Virus record (IMG/VR): IMGVR_UViG_3300045988_014288
Coordinates: 1-41,939 of that record
Length of the DNA: 41,939 nt
Reading direction: 5' to 3' (one strand)
Origin: a virus
The notes under the pieces are model-generated. The model was not told the origin of the DNA and did no database searches. It worked only from the letters and a program-made list of their open reading frames with translations. Within the stretch, counting starts at the first letter, position 1. Each line of letters begins with the position of its first letter. This document shows positions 31,970 through 40,476 of the stretch, one piece after another. A program made the translations under genes and the position numbers.

Positions 31970-32453
31970 AGAAACAATTAAACAGCAGAATAGCATGAGG
32001 GACGTTCTGAACAGATATGGCATGGTTCCAAACAGAGCAGGATTTATAAAGTGCCCTTTTCATAGTGGTGACCGTACTGCATCCATGAAAATCTACAAAG
32101 ACAGCTATTATTGCTTTGGTTGTGGTGCAACAGGCGACATATTTACATTCGTTCAGAACATGGATAATTGCGATTTTAAGACAGCTTTTACCATACTTGG
32201 AGGAACTTACCAGAAACCAGATTTCTCTTCCAGAATGGCAATATATCACCATCAGAAGCAGATGGAAATGCGACAGAAGGAAGAACAGAAGAAAAAGGTT
32301 GAGCTGCAAGAATGCTTGTCTGATATAGATTTCTACCGGGCTATCCTTGACAGGGTGAAACCGTTGTCTGACGGATGGTGCGAAGCATGGAATAGGTTAC
32401 AACTTGCGCTATATCACCATGGATTCATAACAGGACTGGAAGAAGGTGATTAA
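31962..32453 (+). CDS. CHC2 zinc-finger (DnaG primase-type) protein
   Basis: CPFHSGDRTASMKIY...YYCFGCGATGD. The ATG at 31962 overlaps the upstream stop. Confidence 0.75.
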   Translation: MDKETIKQQNSMRDVLNRYGMVPNRAGFIKCPFHSGDRTASMKIYKDSYYCFGCGATGDIFTFVQNMDNCDFKTAFTILGGTYQKPDFSSRMAIYHHQKQMEMRQKEEQKKKVELQECLSDIDFYRAILDRVKPLSDGWCEAWNRLQLALYHHGFITGLEEGD

Positions 32454-32455
32454 AA

Positions 32456-34357
32456 GTGGAAATGATAAACAAGCTCACGAAGGATTCTATTCTGGACGAA
32501 GAAGTATTTGACGAGATATTCAACCAGGAAGACGAGATATACAAGGCACGTCTTACACTGACTCTTCTGGACAGAGCCAAGGAGCTTGGCGTAAAGAAAA
32601 AATTTGAGGATTTGCTTAAAGCTTACACAAAAGTACAGAAGCAGATGATTGAGAAAGAGAAAAGCAATAGGACGTTGTCTATGCTGGACCAGTGGACTAA
32701 TTTCTCTGATTGTGAATATGACAGAATGAAATGTCTCAACTGGGTGGCGGATGATGATGGAATCAGAATATCAAATACAAATCCAGGATCGCCGGACATT
32801 ATAGCTTGCTATCACCCTATTCTTCCGATTGAACGAATGAAGAATCTGGAGACCGGAGAAGAACAGATAAAGCTAATCTATAAGAGAAATAATAAATGGT
32901 CCGAGGTTATTGTTCCGAAAACCATGGTTGCATCATCCACTAAAATCGTTGGCTTGTCTGCACTTGGGATTTCAGTGACATCTGAGAATGCGAAGTTTCT
33001 TGTACGGTATCTGTCAGATGTTGAGAATGCAAATGATGATTACATTAATATTCAGTATTCATCAAGCAAAATCGGGTGGATCAGGGATTATTTTCTTCCA
33101 TATGACAAGGATATTGTATTTGATGGAGATATAAGGTTCCGACAACTGTATGAAAGTATCAGTGTAGGTGGTAGCAGAACAGAATGGTATGAACACGTGA
33201 AGAAGGTTCGCGCTACTGGAAGAATAGAGCCAAAAATCATGTTGGCTGCAAGTTTCTCCAGCATTCTGATCAAACTGGTCGGTGCCCTTCCATTTTTTGT
33301 AGACCTCTGGGGAGAAACTGAGGGTGGCAAGACCGTGACGCTTATGTTAGGAGCTTCCGTCTGGGCGAATCCAGGCGAATCACGATATATAGGAGACTTC
33401 AAGACAACAGATGTGGCTCTGGAAGCAAAGTCTGATATGCTTAACAATCTTCCATTAATTCTGGATGATACTTCCAAGGTATCTGCCAAAATCAGAGATA
33501 ACTTCGAGGGCATAGTGTATGACCTGTGTTCCGGAAAAGGAAAAAGTCGTTCTAACAAAGAACTAGGCGTCAACCGTGAGAACCGCTGGCAGAACTGCAT
33601 TCTGACCAATGGTGAGCGTCCGCTTGCAGGATATGTCAGCCAAGGCGGAGCAATTAACCGAATTATTGAGGTTGAGTGTTCTGAAAAGATTTTTGATGAT
33701 CCGCAGTTTACCGCAGATACCCTTAAAAAGAACTACGGATATGCAGGAATCGACTTTGTGAACGCAGTAAAGGAAATGTCCATTGACGATATAAAAGCCC
33801 TGCAAAAGCACTATCAGGGGCTTATACAGGACGATGACAAGATGCAAAAGCAAAGTATATCTATGAGTATCATTCTGGCAGCAGATAAGATTGCAACAGA
33901 TCAGCTATTCCATGATGACCAGTACATTGACATTGAGACAGCAAAGAGTCTCCTGACGGAGAAAGAAATGGTGTCTGAAAATGAACGTGCTTACTGGTTC
34001 GTGGTTGACAAGATTGCTATGAACGGAATTAAATTCGATGATAACCCAGATATCAAAACAGAAAGATGGGGAATTATAGACAATGACCCGGTAGAGAAAA
34101 CGTCAACTGCAATAATCTATAGTGCAGCGTTTGATGATCTGTGCAAAATTGGAAGATTCTCCAGAAAGGCATTCTTGTCATGGGCTGTCAAGAAGGGACT
34201 TGTAGAAACCGACAGCAGAGGTTATCCGACCAAAGCGAAGAAACTGGACGGAATTGTCACTAAATGCGTGTTCTTGAAAATTGTAGACGAAATTCCAAAA
34301 GGATTCGCGAATTGCAATGATAATTTTGAAATTACGGACGATATTGTGTTTGATTGA
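32456..34357 (+). CDS. DUF927-type SF3 replicative helicase / primase-associated protein
   Basis: Walker A WGETEGGKTV and Walker B LILDD, followed by the SGKG...R sensor region. 633 aa. Confidence 0.75.
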   Translation: MEMINKLTKDSILDEEVFDEIFNQEDEIYKARLTLTLLDRAKELGVKKKFEDLLKAYTKVQKQMIEKEKSNRTLSMLDQWTNFSDCEYDRMKCLNWVADDDGIRISNTNPGSPDIIACYHPILPIERMKNLETGEEQIKLIYKRNNKWSEVIVPKTMVASSTKIVGLSALGISVTSENAKFLVRYLSDVENANDDYINIQYSSSKIGWIRDYFLPYDKDIVFDGDIRFRQLYESISVGGSRTEWYEHVKKVRATGRIEPKIMLAASFSSILIKLVGALPFFVDLWGETEGGKTVTLMLGASVWANPGESRYIGDFKTTDVALEAKSDMLNNLPLILDDTSKVSAKIRDNFEGIVYDLCSGKGKSRSNKELGVNRENRWQNCILTNGERPLAGYVSQGGAINRIIEVECSEKIFDDPQFTADTLKKNYGYAGIDFVNAVKEMSIDDIKALQKHYQGLIQDDDKMQKQSISMSIILAADKIATDQLFHDDQYIDIETAKSLLTEKEMVSENERAYWFVVDKIAMNGIKFDDNPDIKTERWGIIDNDPVEKTSTAIIYSAAFDDLCKIGRFSRKAFLSWAVKKGLVETDSRGYPTKAKKLDGIVTKCVFLKIVDEIPKGFANCNDNFEITDDIVFD

Positions 34358-34375
34358 TAAACAATTCGTCCAAAA

Positions 34376-34640
34376 GGTAACCGAGTAACCTAGGTAACCT
34401 TTGATTCTGCGTATATATATACGAGTATTTATATGTGCATATTGAGTATAAAAGTTTCCCTATATGAGAAAGTCAGGGTTACTCGGTTACTCGGTTACCT
34501 ACCTGTAAAATCAATGGTTTACACGAATTAGTACGGTTACATCTCGGTTACTGTGGGTTACTTATATTAAAATAATATAAATATATTATATTTATAAAAT
34601 AAAATTAAATAGAGCGTATACAGTATATTGTATACAATAT
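34376..34640. repeat. putative replication origin: inverted clusters of GGTTAC(T/C) iterons flanking AT-rich DNA
   Basis: GGTAACCGAGTAACCTAGGTAACC (34376-99) faces GGGTTACTCGGTTACTCGGTTACC (34476-99). Further CGGTTAC copies at 34534, 34545 and 34555. AT-rich palindromes at 34572-89 and 34616-35. Confidence 0.65.
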
Positions 34641-34700
34641 TCAAAGGAGACGATAAAAATAAAAGTAGAAGCAAAGGATATTCCGTATATTCAAAAATTC

Positions 34701-34922
34701 ATGACTGAATTCTGGAAAGCTATAAAAGATTTCTATTCAGTTGAACTTACAGACGAATATTCCAAGCAGGCCACTGATCGTCTGATAGAACTTAGAGAGT
34801 ATGCGGAAATGTGCCCTGATAATAATGATAAACAGTTTATTAAGAATTGTCTAGTTGCTTTTAATAAGTTATTAGATTCTAAGCAGAGGGAAGTGAGAAA
34901 GAATGTACAACACGAAAAATAG
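34701..34922 (+). CDS. hypothetical protein
   Basis: 73-aa ORF. A good RBS (AAAGGAGA, 34643-50) lies far upstream, so the start is uncertain. Confidence 0.5.
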   Translation: MTEFWKAIKDFYSVELTDEYSKQATDRLIELREYAEMCPDNNDKQFIKNCLVAFNKLLDSKQREVRKNVQHEK

Positions 34923-35169
34923 ATACGAACAGGGGCAGGCTCTCAGAAAAGAAATATATATGTATATCGTCAGCTATATCAAACTGGTTGGATATGCACC
35001 GTCAGTTACAGAAATTTCTGAAAGGGTGGATGCCGGGAGAGCTACAGTCTGGAAACATATCAATAATCTGGTTGATGATGGTTTGCTTAAGACGAACCAT
35101 CCCAGTACCGACAGGGCATATACTCCGGTTGGGTACGGAATAAGGAAGATAAGCAAGGAGACGAGATGA
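34903..35169 (+). CDS. winged-helix DNA-binding protein (LexA N-terminal-domain-like, no peptidase domain)
   Basis: IVSYIKLVGYAPSVTEISERVDAGRATVWKHINNLVDDGLL matches the LexA_DNA_bind pattern. Confidence 0.6.
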   Translation: MYNTKNRYEQGQALRKEIYMYIVSYIKLVGYAPSVTEISERVDAGRATVWKHINNLVDDGLLKTNHPSTDRAYTPVGYGIRKISKETR

Positions 35170-35423
35170 AACTTTATGACATTGTTACAGCAGATGGTAC
35201 ATTCGTCGACAGTATGAGCAGAATAGAGATTTTGGAACGGTTCGGGATTTCTAAAGGTGTATTTCAAAGATATCTGGATAATGGTGATCTATTAGAAGGG
35301 AAATATCAGATAAATGATTATGACTGTGACATAAAAGCAAAGAAATGTAAGGACAGGGAATTATTCTTACAGTTTGACATTCTGACCCAGAAGATAAGGA
35401 GAGCTGTTGGGTGGGAAAACTAA
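35166..35423 (+). CDS. hypothetical protein
   Basis: 85-aa ORF with AAGGAGA upstream and an ATGA overlap. Confidence 0.55.
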   Translation: MKLYDIVTADGTFVDSMSRIEILERFGISKGVFQRYLDNGDLLEGKYQINDYDCDIKAKKCKDRELFLQFDILTQKIRRAVGWEN

Positions 35424-35445
35424 AAAAGAGTGGAGGTCTAACACA

Positions 35446-35826
35446 ATGAATAAAATGCGTGAATATGAACGAGGCAGGGAAGACGGGCTTGACCTTGCCA
35501 GACGAATTGTCAAACAGGGCGGAATTGAAGCCCTCGAACAGGAATGCAAGTTCCGGGGTGCGACCGGGATACATACCTCTCTGGCAGTAAAAGACCTTGA
35601 TAAAGCGTCAGAAAAGATAAAAGAGGTTATAGCGGATTCGTTCGTAATATTGTCGATTGCCGTTCTGCATGACGATTTCGGTTTTGGCGAGAAGCGCTGT
35701 CAGAGATTCAGAAATGGACTTGACCGGGCTGCTGATTACATCAATGACGGTCTGGCAGAATGGATTGATTACGTAAACGCTATTAAAGAAGAACTAGGTA
35801 TTGTATTAAAGAATCCCGGAGAGTAG
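35446..35826 (+). CDS. hypothetical protein
   Basis: RBS GTGGAGG 9 nt upstream of ATG 35446. Confidence 0.6.
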   Translation: MNKMREYERGREDGLDLARRIVKQGGIEALEQECKFRGATGIHTSLAVKDLDKASEKIKEVIADSFVILSIAVLHDDFGFGEKRCQRFRNGLDRAADYINDGLAEWIDYVNAIKEELGIVLKNPGE

Positions 35827-35829
35827 AAA

Positions 35830-35871
35830 ATGAAAGATTTAATCATAGATTGCTTTGCCGGCGGTGGATGA
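35830..35871 (+). pseudogene. 13-codon relic of a C5 DNA methyltransferase N-terminus (motif I)
   Basis: Reads MKDLIIDCFAGGG then TGA. D-x-F-A-G-x-G is the SAM-binding motif I at its usual N-terminal position. Confidence 0.5.
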
Positions 35872-35912
35872 AAACCAGAAAGAAAGAGAGATAACAACAG
35901 GAGGAACAAAGA

Positions 35913-36386
35913 ATGAAGTTTCTGGACTTTTTCGCCGGAATAGGCGGATTTAGAAAAGGGATGGAAGCAGCGGGGCATGATTGTGTCGGATTTTGTGAAT
36001 TTGATAAATGGGCGGTAGCAAGTTACACGTCCATGCACCTGATAACAGAAGAACAACGACAATATTTGTCAACGCTGACACTGAAACAAAGACAAAAGGA
36101 GATCTTAAAAGATGAATACAGAAACGGTGAGTGGTACGCAAATGACATTAGGAGAATGTATGCCGGAGATATTCCAAAAGCCGACTGCTGGTGTTTCGGA
36201 TTCCCTTGCCAAGATATCTCAGTCGCAGGAAAGCAAGCCGGATTTCAAGGAAACCGTTCAAGCCTGTTTTTCAGAGTTATGTACCTTATCGGACAGCTCA
36301 AAGAAGAAGATAAACCCACTTACCTTTTCATTGAGAACGTTAAAAATCTGCTTAGTGTTAATGGAGGATGGGATTCTGATGATTAA
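35913..36386 (+). pseudogene. truncated C5 cytosine DNA methyltransferase (N-terminal half only)
   Basis: Motif I FAGIGG, motif IV FPCQDIS and motif VI ENVKNL are present. The ORF stops 11 codons after ENVKNL, with no QxRxR, target-recognition domain or motifs IX/X. Confidence 0.65.
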
Positions 36387-36741
36387 TTTAACAGGAAAAA
36401 GCGTGTTCGTAAAGACACAGGAAGAATATTTGAGCGTTCTGAAAATAGCAAGGCTTCAGGGATTCATATGGGCGAGAGAAAATCATTTAAATCCTATCGA
36501 AATTCCATTTCCAAACATATTAAATTTTTACAACGGTAAGGACGTTACTTACAGAGATGCTGAAAAGACATTATATGAAGCATCTGAAATTATCGAAGAT
36601 GAAGAAAAAATCAAGGATGCAGTAAAACTTGTCAGAACGTTCGCTAAATACCCAGACAGAACAACATTGACGGATACATTCATTGAATCGTTGAAGTTAC
36701 TTGCAGATACTGTAGAAAGTCAGATGGAAGAGGTGAAGTAG
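36379..36741 (+). CDS. hypothetical protein
   Basis: GGAGGA 10 nt upstream of ATG 36379. The longer ORF-track start (36112) merely overlaps the methyltransferase in another frame. Confidence 0.55.
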   Translation: MINLTGKSVFVKTQEEYLSVLKIARLQGFIWARENHLNPIEIPFPNILNFYNGKDVTYRDAEKTLYEASEIIEDEEKIKDAVKLVRTFAKYPDRTTLTDTFIESLKLLADTVESQMEEVK

Positions 36742-37347
36742 ATGAAAAAGATAACACTTGACGATATGATAAAGGCACTTAAATGCGTTGCCAGCAAGGA
36801 TGCTGCAGACGAATGCTATGCAGACCACGAAAACTTCATGTACATGGATGATGAGCATAAAAGCATTGTCTGTGGAACTGGCGAGGATTTAAGAGATCAT
36901 GTCAGCGGGAAGAAAGCGGTTGGTTGTCCGTATTATCAAGATACTTATGGATGTTGTTTTGAAGATGGAGAATCGTATTGGCTGAAAGATGTCGCAGAGC
37001 TGTTAGAAGAACTAAAATCTTATAAAGAAGCAGAAGAGCAGGGCTTGCTTGTGAGATTGCCGTGTAAGGTTGGAGATATGGTGTGGGAATTGTGTTTATG
37101 TGATGATGGGGATTATAAAATATTTCCAATGATCGTAAAGACAATAAGTGAATATGGGGCTCTTAGACAAGCGAAAAAAGACATAACCATCTGGAACATT
37201 TATGCAGAGAGTGATTATACGTACATGTATAAGAGCTTTGCGGATTTTGGAAGAACTGTATTTAGTACAAAGGAAGAAGCTGAGAAGAAATTGGAGGAAA
37301 TGAAGAATGAATGGCTTCAGAGAAAAAGTTGTCGCACTTTTAAATAA
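36742..37347 (+). CDS. hypothetical Cys-rich phage protein
   Basis: RBS GAGGTGA. 201 aa, with the LLVRLPCKVGDMVW motif common in Gram-positive phage early regions. Confidence 0.6.
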   Translation: MKKITLDDMIKALKCVASKDAADECYADHENFMYMDDEHKSIVCGTGEDLRDHVSGKKAVGCPYYQDTYGCCFEDGESYWLKDVAELLEELKSYKEAEEQGLLVRLPCKVGDMVWELCLCDDGDYKIFPMIVKTISEYGALRQAKKDITIWNIYAESDYTYMYKSFADFGRTVFSTKEEAEKKLEEMKNEWLQRKSCRTFK

Positions 37348-37795
37348 AAATAATATAACGCAAAGAGAACTTGCCAACAAAGTTGGCGTCACTGAAGTTT
37401 CCATGTCACGATATATCAGTGGAGATCGAACCCCTAAAGGACCGGTCATTTTAAATATTGCAAATGCGTTGCACACAACAACTGACTATCTTTTAGGATC
37501 AGAAGCAAAAGGAAATGAACCATACCGTATGGACCAGAACATTATCTTAAAAAGTATCGCCTATTACGGGAAAGAAATTCAGAGTACCGTCTGTATGGAA
37601 GAATGCGCGGAGCTGATACAGGCGATCAGCAAAGCAAAGCGAGGAAAGCTTGATGAAGACAATATGACGGAAGAAATCGCAGACGTACTGATCTGTATTG
37701 AGATGTTGAAACAGATTTACAATATTCCAGATTGCTCAATTAAAAATTGGATTGAGCGAAAACAGGAAAGAATGCTGAGAAGAATGGAGGTATAA
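37307..37795 (+). CDS. XRE-HTH fused to MazG-like nucleotide pyrophosphohydrolase domain
   Basis: N-terminus ITQRELANKVGVTEVSMSRYISGDRTP (HTH_3). C-terminus EECAELIQAISKAKRGK...EEIADVLICIEMLKQIY (MazG-like EExxE...EE-x-x-D helices). Confidence 0.65.
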   Translation: MNGFREKVVALLNKNNITQRELANKVGVTEVSMSRYISGDRTPKGPVILNIANALHTTTDYLLGSEAKGNEPYRMDQNIILKSIAYYGKEIQSTVCMEECAELIQAISKAKRGKLDEDNMTEEIADVLICIEMLKQIYNIPDCSIKNWIERKQERMLRRMEV

Positions 37796-37798
37796 AAA

Positions 37799-38008
37799 AT
37801 GTCAGATAAACCTACACCAGACATAACGCCAAACCTTGCTATATCAGCATACCACGTATTACAACAATATTGCACTGGACAGCCAGCGGATTGCAAAGGC
37901 TGCGGATTCTACGAACACTGTCCAGAATGTTTTCAAGGCATACCATGTGCCTGGAACTTGAATGAAGAAGGTGAAATAAATGAAGCTGAGAAAGGCAACA
38001 CTGATTGA
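37799..38008 (+). CDS. small Cys-rich (putative zinc-binding) protein
   Basis: RBS GGAGG. Contains CTGQPADCKGCGFYEHCPECFQGIPC. Confidence 0.55.
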   Translation: MSDKPTPDITPNLAISAYHVLQQYCTGQPADCKGCGFYEHCPECFQGIPCAWNLNEEGEINEAEKGNTD

Positions 38009-38276
38009 CTACGGAGTGCCGCCGGATGATATACCGACATTACAAAGCCACTTGCGGAATCTTAATGAAAGCGATAAATACAATCTGTTACAAGTATCTA
38101 TCAAATATGCACCCGGCATCGAATCACAAATCTATGATAGCATTGTCAATAGTATCGGCTATCGAACAATGGAGAAGATCAGGGCGGTTCCTGCAACAGA
38201 GAATGACTTCTACGGCTACAAACGCAAGGTCAGTGCGGAATATTATCATCTGGCCAAATTGATTGGCAGGCTTTAA
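37980..38276 (+). CDS. hypothetical protein, positional candidate for late-gene regulator
   Basis: RBS GAAGGTGA. This is the last gene before the promoter motif and terS, a position often held by late activators. No family recognised. Confidence 0.5.
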   Translation: MKLRKATLIDYGVPPDDIPTLQSHLRNLNESDKYNLLQVSIKYAPGIESQIYDSIVNSIGYRTMEKIRAVPATENDFYGYKRKVSAEYYHLAKLIGRL

Positions 38277-38295
38277 AAAAAACTTAAAAATTTAT

Positions 38296-38335
38296 AAAAG
38301 TGGTAGAGAGCTAAATCCCCAGTATGTGGTATTAT
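38296..38335 (+). promoter_or_regulatory. promoter, copy B: AAAAGTGGTAGAGAG - 16 nt - TGG TATTAT
   Basis: Same 15-mer and same spacing to an extended -10 as at 7064-7103. Located upstream of terS, terL and portal. Confidence 0.6.
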
Positions 38336-38369
38336 ATTTGTATATAACTGCTATACTGGGGATTTTTTT
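38313..38369 (+). terminator. intrinsic terminator of the early operon: 13-bp perfect stem with a 27-nt loop that contains the -10 of promoter copy B
   Basis: aaatccccagtat (38313-25) pairs perfectly with atactggggattt (38353-65), followed by a T7 run. Confidence 0.65.
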
Positions 38370-38385
38370 GAATTGAGGTGATAAT

Positions 38386-38643
38386 ATGGCGAACTTAAAA
38401 GCAGTTACAAGAAAACTTCAAAAAGCTATATTATCTACCGGATTAATCGTAAAAATCGGAACATCACAATTCTACAGCCATGAGCAGGAGCGATTGATAA
38501 CAGTAACAATTATATCAACACCAGTGTTCAGACTAACAAAACGTGGCGAATGGAAAGATTGTGATTATGAAATACTCCGAACTGCATCCCAGTATGATGT
38601 AGTCATGTGTCTAAAAGAAATATGGGAGGCAGTCAGAAAATGA
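38386..38643 (+). CDS. hypothetical protein
   Basis: RBS GAGGTGA 4 nt upstream. 85 aa. First gene of the late transcript. Confidence 0.6.
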   Translation: MANLKAVTRKLQKAILSTGLIVKIGTSQFYSHEQERLITVTIISTPVFRLTKRGEWKDCDYEILRTASQYDVVMCLKEIWEAVRK

Positions 38644-38663
38644 GGATAGACAGGGGTGATTAG

Positions 38664-39062
38664 ATGGACTTAACGCCTAAACAGAAAGCGTTTGCAGATG
38701 AATTTTTAAAATGTGGAAATGCCACAGAAGCGGCTAAGAGGGCTGGATACAGTGAGCAATCAGCAAGACAAATGGGAACTGAAAACCTGTCAAAACCGTC
38801 TATATCCTCATATATACAGGAGCGGCAAAAGCAAATTGACGATGAACGCATAGCGGATATTGCAGAGATTCAGCGATTCTATTCATCTGTTTTAAGGGGC
38901 GAAGTAAAGGATCAGTTCGGCCTTGATGCTTCACTTGAAACAAGGATAGCGGCAGGGCGGGAACTTATGAAGCGTTTTGAAAAGGCAGAATCATACAAGA
39001 ATGACTCCTGTGGAATCACAATCATAAACAATATTCCAAGACCGGAGAAACAGGATGGATAA
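38664..39062 (+). CDS. terS: terminase small subunit (Terminase_2 / P27 family)
   Basis: LTPKQKAFADEFLKCGNATEAAKRAGYSEQSARQMGTENLSKP is the family signature. Confidence 0.9.
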   Translation: MDLTPKQKAFADEFLKCGNATEAAKRAGYSEQSARQMGTENLSKPSISSYIQERQKQIDDERIADIAEIQRFYSSVLRGEVKDQFGLDASLETRIAAGRELMKRFEKAESYKNDSCGITIINNIPRPEKQDG

Positions 39063-40311
39063 TAATTCTATTAGTCTGAAAGATATAATAGCTCCTGCTT
39101 TCTACGAAGTCTTTTGGGACATTCTGGATGAGAAACACACATATTACGATTTGTACGGCGGGCGTGGATCCACGAAGTCATCTTTTGTAGGTGTAATGAT
39201 TCCTTTCCTAATGATGCAGGACGCAGAGAACGGCATAATGTCAAATGCTGTTATTTTCCGTAAAGTTGGAAACACGCTTCGAGAATCCGTTTATGAACAG
39301 ATAGCATGGGGAATTGACGCGCTCGGAGTCAATGAACTATGGGACACCAGTGTAAGCCCTATGCAGTACACTTATAAGCCTACTGGGCAGAAAATCATAT
39401 TCAGAGGACTGGACAAGGCAAAAAAGACTAAATCTATTAAAGCAAGCAAGGGATATTTCAAGTATCTCTGGTTCGAGGAACTTGACGAATTTTCGGGCAT
39501 TGAAGAAATTCGTACAGTGCAGCAGTCAGTCCTTCGAGGCGGCAGTAAGTTTGTTGTATTTAAGACATTCAATCCGCCAATCAGCCGGAGTAACTGGGCG
39601 AATGTGTATGTAGAAGAGCCACGAGACGACAGCTACAGGCATAAGAGTGACTACAGATCAGTTCCTGTTGAATGGCTTGGTCAACAATTCCTTGATGATG
39701 CGGAGCATCTTAAAAAGACAAATCCAAGAGCCTATCAGCATGAATATCTTGGATTGCCTGTCGGACTCGGTACAAATATCTTTGAGTTGTTGGAAATCCG
39801 AACGATTCCAGACGAAGAAATTCAGAAGTATCAAAGTGTCTATCAGGGACAAGACTGGGGATGGTATCCGGATCCCAAAGCGTTTATCCGTGTGGCTTAT
39901 GTACCTAATCAGGACAAAGTTATTCTGCTGGATGAGCTTGGCGGATGTAAAATTCGAAATACAGCAATGGCTAACCAGATAAAGAAAAAAGGATATGATG
40001 ATTATTCAATATCTTGCGGAGTTGATGAAGAAGAAAGTATTATTGACTTCCGAGATGCAGGGCTTCCAGCACGTAGGGCCATTGTTACACCGGGAAGCCG
40101 CAAATATACTTTTGAGTGGTTACAATGTCGAACACTGGTTATTGATCCGGCACGAACGCCGAGAGCATACAAGGAAATTATCAATTATGAACATGAAGTA
40201 GATAGCAATGGAGAAGTTATCGCAGATTATCCAGATGGTAACGATCACTGGATAGATTCTCTCAGGTATGCGACAAGTCCATTGTCCATGAGAAGGGGGC
40301 ACAGTGCATAA
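39055..40311 (+). CDS. terL: terminase large subunit (PBSX / Terminase_3 family)
   Basis: Walker A GGRGSTKS and Walker B YLWFEELDE. C-terminal nuclease region containing DHWIDSLRY. Confidence 0.9.
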   Translation: MDNNSISLKDIIAPAFYEVFWDILDEKHTYYDLYGGRGSTKSSFVGVMIPFLMMQDAENGIMSNAVIFRKVGNTLRESVYEQIAWGIDALGVNELWDTSVSPMQYTYKPTGQKIIFRGLDKAKKTKSIKASKGYFKYLWFEELDEFSGIEEIRTVQQSVLRGGSKFVVFKTFNPPISRSNWANVYVEEPRDDSYRHKSDYRSVPVEWLGQQFLDDAEHLKKTNPRAYQHEYLGLPVGLGTNIFELLEIRTIPDEEIQKYQSVYQGQDWGWYPDPKAFIRVAYVPNQDKVILLDELGGCKIRNTAMANQIKKKGYDDYSISCGVDEEESIIDFRDAGLPARRAIVTPGSRKYTFEWLQCRTLVIDPARTPRAYKEIINYEHEVDSNGEVIADYPDGNDHWIDSLRYATSPLSMRRGHSA

Positions 40312-40312
40312 A

Positions 40313-40471
40313 ATGTTAGATAGGTACTTTTCAGATAAAATAAATAAATTCTTAAGCATCGGTTTAAAAATATATGGATCATCTGACATTAACGAAATCT
40401 TAAAAGTTGTAGAATATGAAGACATTATTGTGCGAGATACTTCTGTAAGATGGATGGATTTTAAAAGGTAG
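40313..40471 (+). CDS. possible small protein (52 aa)
   Basis: ATG 2 nt after the terL stop. It fills the terL-portal gap, but the RBS is weak. Confidence 0.3.
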   Translation: MLDRYFSDKINKFLSIGLKIYGSSDINEILKVVEYEDIIVRDTSVRWMDFKR

Positions 40472-40476
40472 ATTAA

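Noticed and set aside
31845-33609. Large antisense ORFs (31845-32309, 33088-33609) within the CHC2 and helicase genes
   Set aside because: They lie opposite well-supported replication genes that carry clear motifs. They have no RBS and are rich in Cys, Arg and Ser, as expected for antisense frames.
34376-34562. Short repeats that might be a CRISPR array
   Set aside because: The repeat unit is only 7-8 nt. Copies are directly adjacent or in inverted orientation with no regular spacers. The context, right after replication genes, fits origin iterons.
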